Counted from the first letter of the stretch, positions 29,204 to 39,231 are shown. The stretch is 64,000 nucleotides of DNA from an uncultured Nitrospiraceae bacterium (GCA_963811165.1 CAWEQH010000004.1:576001-640000), one strand, 5' to 3'. Numbers and translations are program-made. Notes: generated by a model not told the origin, from the letters alone.

Positions 29204-30328
29204 ATGAGCTTTAACGCACTTGAACGCAAAATCATTCAAATAATCGGCAGGGAGGGCCCGATTACCTTCGAGAGATTCATGGAAATGGCCCTCTATGACA
29301 CCGGGTTCGGTTATTACCGTTCGGGAAATGCAAGGATAGGAAGGGAAGGAGACTTTTATACGAGCTCCTACCTGCATCCCGTATTCGGCGCAATGATCGG
29401 CAGACAGATCGAAGAGTTCTGGGAGTTTATGGAAAAGCCCCGTGAATTTGAGGTCCTTGAGATGGGGGCGGGCGCGGGGTATCTCTGCAAGGACATCCTC
29501 GATTTTTTGAAAGGACGCGAAGTTTTTGCGGCGCTCAGGTACGGCATAATAGAACCCGGCCCCGCTTCGGCGAAACAGCAGAACGTGCTCCTCAGCGATT
29601 ATCGGAGCAGGGTGAAGTGGTTTTCATCGCTGGGCGAAATCGGAGGCATAAGAGGCTGTCTGTTGTCTAACGAACTTCTCGATGCTTTCCCCGTGCACCT
29701 CGTCCAGATGGAGGACGAATTAAAGGAGGTGTATGTCGGTATGGAGAGAGGCCGGCTGAGGGAGTCCTCCGGGCCGCTGAGCACCCCGGCGTTACTTAAG
29801 TACTTTGAAGAGTTCTCCGTCGAGCTGGAAAGAGGACACAGGACGGAGGTGAATCTAAGGATCAGAGACTGGCTGGGAAGCGCGGCCTCCGTGCTGACCG
29901 AGGGGTTTGTCCTTACGATAGACTACGGCTATACCTCGCGCGAATATCACAGCGAAGACAGGGACAGGGGCACGCTCATGTGTTATCGCCGGCACCAGAT
30001 TATTGAAGACCCTCTGGTGAATGTAGGCGAAGAGGACATCACCGCCCACGTGAATTTTTCGGCGGTCAAAAAATGGGGAGAGGAGTCCGGTTTCGAAACG
30101 GCAGGCTTCTGCGGGCAGGGCGCGTTTCTCGCTTCCCTCGGCATAGACGAGGAAATAAAGAGGCTCTCCCTGGAGTCAAAAGACTACCTCTTTGAACTTG
30201 CGAGGATAAAAAAACTCATACTGCCGCAGGGGATGGGCGAGTCGCATCAGGTGATGATACAGTATAAGGGACCAGGTGCTCCAAAACTCAAAGGCTTTAC
30301 GATGCGGAACCGGATGAAATACCTTTAG
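29204..30328 (+). CDS. MidA/NDUFAF7-family SAM-dependent methyltransferase
   Basis: F..FME.ALY...GYY, GDFYTS, EMGAGAG, NELLDAFP, IDYG, DITAHVNF. Confidence 0.9.
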   Translation: MSFNALERKIIQIIGREGPITFERFMEMALYDTGFGYYRSGNARIGREGDFYTSSYLHPVFGAMIGRQIEEFWEFMEKPREFEVLEMGAGAGYLCKDILDFLKGREVFAALRYGIIEPGPASAKQQNVLLSDYRSRVKWFSSLGEIGGIRGCLLSNELLDAFPVHLVQMEDELKEVYVGMERGRLRESSGPLSTPALLKYFEEFSVELERGHRTEVNLRIRDWLGSAASVLTEGFVLTIDYGYTSREYHSEDRDRGTLMCYRRHQIIEDPLVNVGEEDITAHVNFSAVKKWGEESGFETAGFCGQGAFLASLGIDEEIKRLSLESKDYLFELARIKKLILPQGMGESHQVMIQYKGPGAPKLKGFTMRNRMKYL

Positions 30329-31073
30329 CCTTAAGGTATTCCAGGCTCTTAAGTACGTGTTCGGTGGTGTGTGCTTCAATGGTATGCACGCAGTGATTGC
30401 GGGCGAGAAGTCCGAAGAATTCCGTGAAATCAAACGTACCTTCACCCATCGGCAGGTGCTGGTCGGCTGATCCGTCGTTATCGTGCAGGTGGAGTTCTGC
30501 GATGTAGGGATTTAGTGCTTCGAGCCAATCCGAAAGAGGCACCGTCGAGAAAAGGTTGCAATGTCCGGTATCGAAACAGATGCCGAAGTTATCGGAACCC
30601 ATCTGTTCCATGAGCAGTCTCAGGTTGGAGGGCTCCTCCTCGAAGATATTTTCGATCGCGATCTTCACCCCGATGCCCGATGCCCTTTCGTTCAACGGCC
30701 GCCATGTCAGAAGGCTCTTTTCGAGCCAGAAGCCGACGTCAAGGGCATACTTCCATTTTTCGTAGCCGGAATGAAAAACGATCGCCTTCGGCCTGAGGAC
30801 CTCTGCGATATCCAGGACATGGAAGAACCTTTCGGTCGTCGCCTTCCGCACCTTCGAATCGACTGCAGCGGGAGAAAGGTCCATAAAAGGCGCGTGGAAA
30901 GAAAGGGAAGGGCGGTAGTCGAGTATATCAGTCAGGCCTTGTATGTCGTCCGGCGATATCGAATCGAGAACGGCCGAACTGAAATATATCTCGAGATCCA
31001 GCCTCTTTTCTCTGATAAAGTCTGCGAATTCCGGTATCCGGTTGTAGGGGACGTGAATGTGAGGACCGGCCAC
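30297..31073 (-). CDS. Sugar phosphate isomerase/epimerase (AP endonuclease 2 TIM barrel)
   Basis: HAPF.DL, IENIFE, FDTGH, HLHDN.G..D.H. Confidence 0.85.
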   Translation of the reverse strand: MAGPHIHVPYNRIPEFADFIREKRLDLEIYFSSAVLDSISPDDIQGLTDILDYRPSLSFHAPFMDLSPAAVDSKVRKATTERFFHVLDIAEVLRPKAIVFHSGYEKWKYALDVGFWLEKSLLTWRPLNERASGIGVKIAIENIFEEEPSNLRLLMEQMGSDNFGICFDTGHCNLFSTVPLSDWLEALNPYIAELHLHDNDGSADQHLPMGEGTFDFTEFFGLLARNHCVHTIEAHTTEHVLKSLEYLKAKGISSGSAS

Positions 31074-31378
31074 TACTTAGAGACCGCTGCCTCAGCCGGC
31101 GCCTTCTTCCCCGCCTTCGTCTCTGTCTTACTTTCCGGATTGCTTTCCGATTTCGTATCCGCAGCTTTTTCAGCCTTCGGACTGACTGAGGCCGACTTGC
31201 CCGCTGCGTAATCGGTTGCATACCATCCCGTGCCCTTTAGCACAAAGGAGCTGCTAGAGATCATCTTCTTCATTTTTCCGCCGCACTCACTGCACTCCGA
31301 AAGCGGCTTAGCGGTGATCTTCTGCATTATTTCGTGATGTTTCCCGCATTTTGTACACTCATATTCATAAATAGGCAT
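31073..31378 (-). CDS. FmdB-family zinc-ribbon protein
   Basis: [23 protein letters not shown]. Confidence 0.9.
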   Translation of the reverse strand: MPIYEYECTKCGKHHEIMQKITAKPLSECSECGGKMKKMISSSSFVLKGTGWYATDYAAGKSASVSPKAEKAADTKSESNPESKTETKAGKKAPAEAAVSK

Positions 31379-31505
31379 GATGCATCAATCTCCTTTTTAA
31401 AACCTTACTCTATACTATAACGCACCGGCGGAAACCGCGTCAATTTGCAGGCAGACAATAGCCCCCACACCAGGGTGTGAATGCGACGCCGAAAAAGAAT
31501 ATAAT

Positions 31506-32117
31506 ATGCTGATGCTGATAGCCGCCTTAACAGGTAATTTCGGGATGGGCAAGAGCTATGTCCTTTCCCTCTTCAGGGAACTCGGTGCGGTCACGCTTGA
31601 AAGCGACCGCGTAGTCGGGATGCTTCTGAGGGAGGATGCGGTCATTGCGAAGGTGAAGGGCCTGCTGGGGAGTGACGTGGCGGGCCCGGGGGGGGGCCTC
31701 GACAAAAGGGCGATCGCCGAGATGATATTTCATGATCGGGCAATGAAAGACAAACTTGAGTCGTTTCTCCACCCCCTGGTTTTTGAAAAGGTGGAGGATT
31801 TTATCAGCAGGATAAAAAATAGGGATTCCCTTGTGATAGTCGAGGTGCCTCTGCTTTTCGAAGGAGAGTATCAGGCCCGTTTTGAAAAGATCATTACGGT
31901 CTGCAGTTCAGAGGAAACAGCACTTAAGAGACTGGAGGGATCGGGAGTTTCGGCAGGCGATGCAAAGGCGAGGTTGAAGAACCAGCTGCCCATTTCCGAG
32001 AAGAAGGCCCGGGCCGATTATGTGATCGACAACAGCAGGTCGAAGGAGGAGACGAGAAAGCAGGTGGAGGAGGTGTACCACTCTCTTTGCGAGGGGATAG
32101 CGAAGCGGAAGCGCTGA
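31506..32117 (+). CDS. coaE: Dephospho-CoA kinase
   Basis: LTGNFGMGKS, LHP.V, EVPLLFE, ADYVIDN. Confidence 0.92.
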   Translation: MLMLIAALTGNFGMGKSYVLSLFRELGAVTLESDRVVGMLLREDAVIAKVKGLLGSDVAGPGGGLDKRAIAEMIFHDRAMKDKLESFLHPLVFEKVEDFISRIKNRDSLVIVEVPLLFEGEYQARFEKIITVCSSEETALKRLEGSGVSAGDAKARLKNQLPISEKKARADYVIDNSRSKEETRKQVEEVYHSLCEGIAKRKR

Positions 32118-32128
32118 CACAAGATGGA

Positions 32129-34048
32129 TTAGGCCGGGTCCACGTCTATTACGATCCTTATCCCCTTTGCCTTTTCGTGCCGGCCCAGGACAGCCCGTGC
32201 CGCCTCGTTCAGGGGTTTTCGGCTTCCGGACTTGAGAAAGATGGAGAATTCATCTCCCCCTTTTTTGTTTTTAGAGACGACCGGGCCGAGAACTTCAATG
32301 CCTTTCCCGACGTCTCTGATTGTTCCGACGAGCGCGTCCGCCACGCGGCTGCTTCCCGAGACGGTGATTTTTACGAGTTTGGAATAGGGAGGATACGCAA
32401 GCTCCTTTCTGGCCGCCAGTTCGTCTTTTACGAAGGCGTCGTAATCGCCTTTTTTCAAGTGGCGGAGGAGGCTGTTCTGCGGAAGCCTTGTCTGGACCAT
32501 CACGTCACCCCCCGGTTCGGCGAGATCGATCACGGCCGCCAGCTCGCGATACGCCTTTTCAGAGGCCCTGAAATCCGGGAAATTCAGATAGGCATCCGTA
32601 TTCATGACAGCGGCCAGAGAGAACTTTTCGGAGGGCCCGATCCGTTTCGTCATCATCTTTGTGCCGATGACCACATTTGCCGAATCGCCGGAGAGACTTC
32701 TCAAGAGTTCCCTGACCTCGGACCGCTTCGTCACCCCGTCGCTGTCGAACCTGAGTGTGCCTACACCGAAGAGTTCTTCGATCTCCTCCTGTATCCTCTG
32801 TGTGCCGGAGCCCAGAAGCTCCAGATGAAGGCCCCCGCATCTTCCGCATCTCTCCGGTATGGCGCGGACCTTGCCGCAATAGTGGCACTTCAGGTTTTTT
32901 TCATCCTTGTGCATGACCATGGGTATGTCACAGTGGTCGCACCTTTCCTCATGGCCGCAGTCGGCGCAAAGCAGAAGGGTGGAATAGCCCCGCCTGTTCG
33001 TCACGAACATTATTTTTTTCTTTGCCTTGAGCTTGTTCCTTGCCGCATCGAAGACCTCTTTAGAGATACCGGGCCTTATCTTCTTGGCGTATCGCATATC
33101 TATTATCGTTATCCGCGGGCGCCTCTCCTTCGCGGCCGGCTTCAGCAAAATATATTTCTGCCTCATCGCGTTGAAGGAAGATTCGATGGAGGGCGTGACC
33201 GAGGAGAGCAGCACGGTGGATTTTTCCAAGAAACCCCGCATGACGGCCACATCCCGGATATTATATCTGATCCCTTCTTCGAGCTTGTAGGAGCCGTTGT
33301 CTTCCCTAAGGACAGCGATCAAAGAGACGGTCTTCATCGGTGCAAAGAGGGCGGCTCTCGTCCCTATGACGATATCATGCCTGCCGGAGATGATCCCCTC
33401 CAGAGACTCTGAGCGACTTCCCCGTGAGATTTCCCCATGTAAGAGACAGACCCTCTCTTGCAGGGACTCCGATACCGTCGAATAGAAAGTCTCCGCATGG
33501 GAGACCTCCGGAAAAATCACGATCACATTGCGCAAAGCGGAGTGCAGGAGTGCGCAGATAAAGGAGTATTCATAGTTTGTCGATGGTGTGCGGAGGAGGT
33601 AAGTGCGGTACCGTCTGTCCGCGGCGGATTCTATTATCCGTAAGGTCTCTTCGCCGGGGACGTCCAGGAGATTGAACCGGGAATTTTCCGGCTTACTCTT
33701 CGTCTTTCTTTTCTTGGTGCGCGTGAATAACTCCTTCGGGCACATCTGCTGGAGTATGGTCCCTTCGGAAGCGATATAGTAGTCCGACATCCAGCGAAGA
33801 AGCTTCAGCATGCCTTTTCCAAGGACCGGAAAATCGCCGGCAGCCGATGAGAGTTCTTTTATCGGTCCTTCGGGCGGGGACACGGGGATGTCTAGGACAA
33901 CGCCCTTTGCCGTCCTGTTTCTAAGCGGCGCCGAGACGATCATCCCCGGCCTGAGCAGGCCTGCCAGATGCTCGGGACATTTGTAAGTCAGGGGCCGTAG
34001 GTTGACCGGAAATACGATATCGACATAGTGCACAGATGATTTTATCAT
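32129..34048 (-). CDS. priA: Primosomal protein N' (PriA) with degenerate helicase motifs
   Basis: 3'-binding N-terminus, GTRAALFAP, NRRGYS, four CxxC, GTQRI.EE, FPDFRA.E, YPPY; Walker A/B not recognisable. Confidence 0.88.
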   Translation of the reverse strand: MIKSSVHYVDIVFPVNLRPLTYKCPEHLAGLLRPGMIVSAPLRNRTAKGVVLDIPVSPPEGPIKELSSAAGDFPVLGKGMLKLLRWMSDYYIASEGTILQQMCPKELFTRTKKRKTKSKPENSRFNLLDVPGEETLRIIESAADRRYRTYLLRTPSTNYEYSFICALLHSALRNVIVIFPEVSHAETFYSTVSESLQERVCLLHGEISRGSRSESLEGIISGRHDIVIGTRAALFAPMKTVSLIAVLREDNGSYKLEEGIRYNIRDVAVMRGFLEKSTVLLSSVTPSIESSFNAMRQKYILLKPAAKERRPRITIIDMRYAKKIRPGISKEVFDAARNKLKAKKKIMFVTNRRGYSTLLLCADCGHEERCDHCDIPMVMHKDEKNLKCHYCGKVRAIPERCGRCGGLHLELLGSGTQRIQEEIEELFGVGTLRFDSDGVTKRSEVRELLRSLSGDSANVVIGTKMMTKRIGPSEKFSLAAVMNTDAYLNFPDFRASEKAYRELAAVIDLAEPGGDVMVQTRLPQNSLLRHLKKGDYDAFVKDELAARKELAYPPYSKLVKITVSGSSRVADALVGTIRDVGKGIEVLGPVVSKNKKGGDEFSIFLKSGSRKPLNEAARAVLGRHEKAKGIRIVIDVDPA

Positions 34049-34077
34049 ACGCGAAAGTTTGCTACACGGTAAAGATG

Positions 34078-36660
34078 TCAGGACAATATCTTTTTTTCTT
34101 TATTGATGATCTTGAACCCTTCAAACCATAGTACGCTCACCGCACCGGCGGCGAGACAGACAAGGAGGTCGAAGGCGTGCAGGGTGCTAAAGCGAAAGAG
34201 ATCCCGCAGGAAAGGTACGTACACCGCCAGCGCCAGAAAAAAAAGCGCGCCCGTCAGGACATACCAGAAGGCCGTGTTTGGTGTGCGCACCGACTGAAGT
34301 ATCGACCGCGTCCAGGACCTGTTCGTTGCGATCAGACCGAGGTTTGCGATGATGAGCGTGGTAAAGCTCAGGGCCCTGGCTTCGTATTCCCCGCGTCCGC
34401 TATGCATGGAAATAAGAAAGACGGCAAGGACTACGAAGAGCACGCCTATGCCCTGAAGGAGGCTGAAGGATATCGTGCGCCTGTTGAACACAGGGTCGGC
34501 GAGATTGCGCGGCGGACGTCTCATCACATCCGCCTCTTCGGGCTCTGCCTCAAACACTATGGAGCAGGCAGGATCGATGATCAGCTCCAAAAATACTATA
34601 TGCACGGGAAGAAGGACGAGCGGCCAGTTGAACACAACCGGGAGCAACGACATGCCGGCGATAGGCACATGGATCGCCAGGATATAGGCCATCGCTTTTT
34701 TGATGTTATCGAAGATCCTTCTGCCCATCCTTACCGCCTGAACGATTGATGAGAAGTCGTCGTCGAGGAGCACTATGGCCGAGGCCTCACGGGCGACATC
34801 GGTCCCCCTGCCGCCCATGGCGATGCCGATATGGGCCGATTTGAGCGCCGACGCGTCATTTACCCCGTCGCCCGTCATTGCCACCACTTCCCCTATGGCC
34901 TTAAGCGCATTGACCAGGCGGAGTTTTTGTTCGGGGAGGACCCTTGCGAAGATGTTCACCGTTGCGACCCCTTTCCGGAGCGCGGCGTCATCCATCCTGC
35001 CGAGTTCATGCCCTGTGATTACATTCTCCGGTTGCCTCAACCCTATCTGTTTCCCTATGTTCTGTGCGGTGACCGGATAATCCCCGGTGATCATTACGAC
35101 ACGTATGCCCGCATCGTAGCATTCATGTATCGCCTCTGCGACCCCCGGCCGCACAGGGTCGGCAAGTCCGATCAGTCCGAGGAAGTCGAACCTGAAATCG
35201 TGTTGTCCGCCGGGCAGTCGAGGCTGCGGGAATTCTGATTTGGCGACCCCCAGGACCCTCAGGCCCTGGGCCGCCATTGAGTTTATTTTTTCAGAAAGTC
35301 TTCCGATCTCTTCTTCTCCCAGATGGCAGATATCGAGGACCGCCTCGGGCGCGCCCTTTGCAGCGATCACGTAGCTCTTGCTGTCAGGCGACTTCCAGAC
35401 CCGGGACATCGCCAGCAGGTCCTTTGAAAGAGGATATTCCTGTACAAGCGACCAGTCGTTATGCAAGTGCTCTGTGTTTGAGAGGGTTTTTTTGCCCAGT
35501 TCCCTGACGGCCTTTTCCATCGGATCAAACGGGTCCACCTGGCTTGCGAGTATACTGAATTCGATGATCTCGTGTATGTCGTCCGGCAGCGCATCCGGCG
35601 CCCCGTCTATGTCATAGAATTTTCCGCAGACATAGAGCTTTCGCACCGACATCTGGTTAAGTGTCAGGGTCCCGGTCTTATCCACGCAAAGGACGCTGGC
35701 CGATCCGAGGGTCTCCACGGCAGGCACCCTCCTTGTGAGGACGCGCTTTCTTGAAATTCTCCATGCGCCCAAGGCGAGGAAGATCGTCAGCACCACAGGG
35801 AATTCTTCGGGAAGCATGGCCATCGCAAGGGTGATGCCGGCCAGCAGCCCGTTGAGCCAGTTATGCCTGGTCAGTCCGTAGACGATCACGACCAGCGCGC
35901 ATAGCGATAAGCCTAACAGGGCGAGCCTGCGCACCAGGGTGGCGGTCTCGCGCTGAAGCATGGTCTCTTCCGGTTCTATCGATTCCAATGCCTTCCCGAT
36001 CTTGCCCAGTTCGGTATTCGGGCCGGTCGCGGCGACCTCGGCGATCCCCACGCCCTGGACCGCAAGCGTACCGGAATAAAGACAGGGCAGGTCGTCACCT
36101 CCCGGCCGGCACATCTCTGCCGGTCCAGCCGTACGGGTCTTTCGGACCGGGACCGACTCGCCGGTGAGCAGTGATTCATCGACTGAAAGGTTTACCGAAG
36201 AGATCAATACCGCATCGGCAGGTACCCTGTCCCCTTCGGATACGATAATGATATCGCTCCGCACGACCTCGCGGCCGGAGATCCTCTTCTGAACACCGTC
36301 TCTGATAACCAATGCCCGGGGGCTCGACAGGTCCCTCAGTGCCTCAAGGGCCCTCTCCGTCTTTCGTTCCTGATAGAGCGTGATCCCCATGACCACGAAG
36401 ACAAAGCCCAGCAGCATCGCGGCCTCCTGCACATCTCCAAGCAGCAAATATATCCCGCCGCCGCCCAAAAGAAGAAGGAACATAGGCTCTCTGACTACTT
36501 CATAGGCGATCTCAAAGAAGCTGCGTCTTTTGGTTGAGGGGAGTTCGTTGTACCCCTCCCCCTTAAGCCTCTCTGCAGCCTCTGATTCAGAGAGACCCTG
36601 GATATTTCCGGCGTCGATGGCCGATTCCGACAGTGTATTCATTTTCCCCCGACTCTCCAT
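34078..36660 (-). CDS. Cation-transporting P-type ATPase (P2-type)
   Basis: LTGES, PEEFP, DKTGTLT, KGAPE, TGDGVND; start could be a few codons downstream. Confidence 0.95.
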   Translation of the reverse strand: MESRGKMNTLSESAIDAGNIQGLSESEAAERLKGEGYNELPSTKRRSFFEIAYEVVREPMFLLLLGGGGIYLLLGDVQEAAMLLGFVFVVMGITLYQERKTERALEALRDLSSPRALVIRDGVQKRISGREVVRSDIIIVSEGDRVPADAVLISSVNLSVDESLLTGESVPVRKTRTAGPAEMCRPGGDDLPCLYSGTLAVQGVGIAEVAATGPNTELGKIGKALESIEPEETMLQRETATLVRRLALLGLSLCALVVIVYGLTRHNWLNGLLAGITLAMAMLPEEFPVVLTIFLALGAWRISRKRVLTRRVPAVETLGSASVLCVDKTGTLTLNQMSVRKLYVCGKFYDIDGAPDALPDDIHEIIEFSILASQVDPFDPMEKAVRELGKKTLSNTEHLHNDWSLVQEYPLSKDLLAMSRVWKSPDSKSYVIAAKGAPEAVLDICHLGEEEIGRLSEKINSMAAQGLRVLGVAKSEFPQPRLPGGQHDFRFDFLGLIGLADPVRPGVAEAIHECYDAGIRVVMITGDYPVTAQNIGKQIGLRQPENVITGHELGRMDDAALRKGVATVNIFARVLPEQKLRLVNALKAIGEVVAMTGDGVNDASALKSAHIGIAMGGRGTDVAREASAIVLLDDDFSSIVQAVRMGRRIFDNIKKAMAYILAIHVPIAGMSLLPVVFNWPLVLLPVHIVFLELIIDPACSIVFEAEPEEADVMRRPPRNLADPVFNRRTISFSLLQGIGVLFVVLAVFLISMHSGRGEYEARALSFTTLIIANLGLIATNRSWTRSILQSVRTPNTAFWYVLTGALFFLALAVYVPFLRDLFRFSTLHAFDLLVCLAAGAVSVLWFEGFKIINKEKKILS

Positions 36661-36849
36661 GATGAAAGAATATGAAAAAAAGATAGGGTATTATACTACA
36701 CAAGGCGCGGGTGCAGAAAAAAGGGAAAGGGGGGTAGTGTCTCCCATTAGGACACGGCAAGCCGCGGACGTTCTTCTGAAAGACGGCAGGAAAAAGATGT
36801 CAGAGACCCTTAATGTAAGAGAGGAGTGATGCGCTGAAAGATTAATGGC

Positions 36850-36988
36850 GGCAGGATGACGTTTCCGGACTTTATCTACAGGTTCAACGAAAAAATCAGC
36901 CAGTAGCAAAGACGGCCTGTCCGCCATTGCCGCGCGCCATCACGTGATATACAGCCCCTATATAATGCAGCCTCGGTTTTCGTGCCAT
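36850..36988 (-). pseudogene. Remnant of a REP-associated tyrosine (Y1/RAYT) transposase
   Basis: ATG 36988 reads MARKPRLHYIGAVYHVMARGNGGQAVFATG* (stop 36896), the typical RAYT N-terminus; a weaker match continues in another frame. Confidence 0.7.
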
Positions 36989-37126
36989 ACCGACAAAACT
37001 TTATCACAAAGTCGCTTCAAATACAAACATACAAAGCCTAATGGGTGACCCCGCCACTGCGCGCGGAAAAAGGGGCTCTGCCCCTCATACCCCGGGCGCT
37101 TTTCATTAATGCGAATGAAAAGTGCC

Positions 37127-38188
37127 ACTGGATTCAATCTCGAAGTGCAACACTTGAAGAAGCGACTTCGATAGGTGTTTTATAGTCCAAGCATTTTCTG
37201 GGCCGATGGTTAATCAACGACTCAATAAGAATAATTTGCTCTACCGGAATTTTATTCAAATCAGTCCCTTTTGGTAAATACCATCTAACTAGCCCATTGA
37301 TATTTTCATTTGTTCCTCGTTCCCAAAACGAATAGGGATGAGCAAAGAAACATTTAACATTGATAGACGCTGTAATCTTTTCGTGCCCGGCGTTTTCAGT
37401 TCCATTATCCAATGTGAGCGTTTTTCTGGCATGCTGAGGAAAACTCCCAAGTCTTTTGACAATAGCATTACAAACAAGATCAGCTGTTCTTCTTTTTAAT
37501 TTTGTAAGCATTAGCAGCCGACTCTTTCTCTCAACTAGACAACTTAGGGACCCGGTGCTTTTGTTTGAGACGATTGTGTCACCTTCCCAATGTCCAAATT
37601 GACATCGCGTCTCTACATCAGCAGGTCTTTCCTCGATCGAAATACGATTTATAATCTTGGGCTTACGGCATCTTCTCCCCATGCTTTTTTCCCATCGCTC
37701 CGGGTGCTTACGCCGCAGATACACGGTAAACTCCTTACATCTTTTTCTTCCGAGGCTGTAGATATATTGATAGATCGCTTCATGACTGATGGACAGTCCA
37801 GGGCAGTCGATCCGTATTCGTCCAGAGATCTGCTCCGGAGACCATCCCTCCTTCAGCTTCGAGCGAACGTATGAGACCGTCGCCTCGTTCTTTAGTCGGG
37901 AACGGCTGTGCGCCCTCAAACTCCGCCGATCTGCTTTGATGTGAACCCATGGCATCGTATAGTAATTAACTTTAGGAGAAGAATTCCGTTTGATCTCACG
38001 AGAAATCGTGCTTTTGTTACGGCGAAGTGCCGTAGCTACTTCACTAAGATTTTTCCCATCCTTCAACATAATGCTGATTGCCACTCTCTCATCCCTGCTT
38101 AGATGCTGATATCTTTTTTCCATAGCAACTTAGGATAGCAGTTCCCTTTCTGCTCTCCAAAATGTTGCACTTCGAGATTGAATTCAGT
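37127..38188 (-). mobile_element. IS30-family insertion sequence (1062 bp)
   Basis: IRs ACTGGATTCAATCTCGAAGTGCAACA / ACTGAATTCAATCTCGAAGTGCAACA; 3-bp flanking duplication GCC (37124-37126, 38189-38191). Confidence 0.9.
37134..38123 (-). CDS. IS30-family transposase
   Basis: HTH STISRE, WSPEQI, GHWEGDT, LTLDNG.E, WERGTNEN.NGL.R. Confidence 0.95.
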   Translation of the reverse strand: MEKRYQHLSRDERVAISIMLKDGKNLSEVATALRRNKSTISREIKRNSSPKVNYYTMPWVHIKADRRSLRAHSRSRLKNEATVSYVRSKLKEGWSPEQISGRIRIDCPGLSISHEAIYQYIYSLGRKRCKEFTVYLRRKHPERWEKSMGRRCRKPKIINRISIEERPADVETRCQFGHWEGDTIVSNKSTGSLSCLVERKSRLLMLTKLKRRTADLVCNAIVKRLGSFPQHARKTLTLDNGTENAGHEKITASINVKCFFAHPYSFWERGTNENINGLVRWYLPKGTDLNKIPVEQIILIESLINHRPRKCLDYKTPIEVASSSVALRD

Positions 38189-38598
38189 GCCCAAAAGAGC
38201 TCACCCCAGGGAAAATCCTTTTTCGCTTTGCTCGGTCGGTCCGGCTAAATTGTTGAAACTCGCCCGCAGCGGGCTCAAACAGTCTACAATTTTTTACGCC
38301 GGCCCTCGGTCGCAAATCGGGATTTTCCAAAGGGGCCCCGTAAGACTCTAAAAACATACTACAGTTTCTGGTATTAGGGCCGTTCCCTTCGAAAATTTAG
38401 GCGAGCATGGGCGCCCGCAGGGTTAAGCATTTTCCCATGTTTGAGCACCGATGTTGGGGGCGAGTTGGAAAATGTACCGAGGACGACCAGCGCAGCCGTT
38501 AATAATTTTCGCCGGGGCGCCGTTCTTTACGTTAGCTTTCTTGGAGCGAGCAAGAAAGGTAGCTGGGGTGCGGGGCAAAGCCCCGAGGACCGATCTTC

Positions 38599-39231
38599 TT
38601 AGCGGTGGATGAGACCCAGCGCGATGTTTGTTCCCATGCCCTGAACGTGTCCGAGCTGTATCATAAGCATCGCGAGGGGTTCCAGATAACGCGCGCTTTT
38701 GAGGGGCCCCGCGTCTATCGGCTCAAAGCCGGTTTCTCTGATCAGCCGTGAGACAGTCGTCTTTGCGCCCTCGTCATCACCGCAGTAAAACATCGACGGC
38801 ATGCGTGAGCCGTAGAGCCTTGTTTCGGAGTGGTATACCTCGGCAAAGGCCGTGTTAAACGCCTTGACGACCCGGCAGCCGGGCACGAGACCTGCGATCT
38901 CTTCGGCCGCAGAAGTCGTCAGCCCGACGGAGAGACCGCTTAAGTCCGGTTTTACGGGGTTGGTGCAGTCGATGATGATCTTGTCCTTTATCGGGCCCGC
39001 CGCAGCCAGGGCCTCCCTGATCATCCCGTATCCTACGGAAAGGAGTATGATGTCGCCCGACGATACCGCCTCGGAAGGGGACCCGGCCTTTGTATTAGGA
39101 ATGGATCTTGCGAGGGCATCCAGTTTTTTTTGATCGCGGGAAAAACTGAAGAGGACACGATGGCCTCTCGCCGCCCACAACTTTCCAAGGCCGCTCCCCA
39201 TTTTTCCCGATCCTATTATTCCGATATTCAT
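38599..39231 (-). CDS. NADPH-dependent F420 reductase-like oxidoreductase
   Basis: IGIIGSGKMG, IDCTNP, SAAEE, VVKAFNT, DAGPL..AR.LEP. Confidence 0.85.
   Translation of the reverse strand: MNIGIIGSGKMGSGLGKLWAARGHRVLFSFSRDQKKLDALARSIPNTKAGSPSEAVSSGDIILLSVGYGMIREALAAAGPIKDKIIIDCTNPVKPDLSGLSVGLTTSAAEEIAGLVPGCRVVKAFNTAFAEVYHSETRLYGSRMPSMFYCGDDEGAKTTVSRLIRETGFEPIDAGPLKSARYLEPLAMLMIQLGHVQGMGTNIALGLIHR

Larger units (their letters stand above)
37071..38585. repeat. ~450-bp element of two inverted, structurally homologous ~205-nt modules, interrupted by IS30
   Basis: Terminal GGGGC-NNN-GCCCC hairpins (37071-37085, 38571-38585); shared AACTCGCCC..GCTCAAACA core; covarying stems. Confidence 0.7.

Noticed and set aside
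32087..33412. 441-aa ORF antisense to priA, and similar long antisense ORFs (42901-43794, 59570-60703, 63020-63769)
   Set aside because: Shadow ORFs of well-supported genes with no recognisable motifs
36660..36850. Riboswitch (yybP-ykoY) or 6S RNA upstream of the P-type ATPase
   Set aside because: No conserved core on the coding strand; the distal part is explained by the RAYT remnant and a TATAAT lies close to the start
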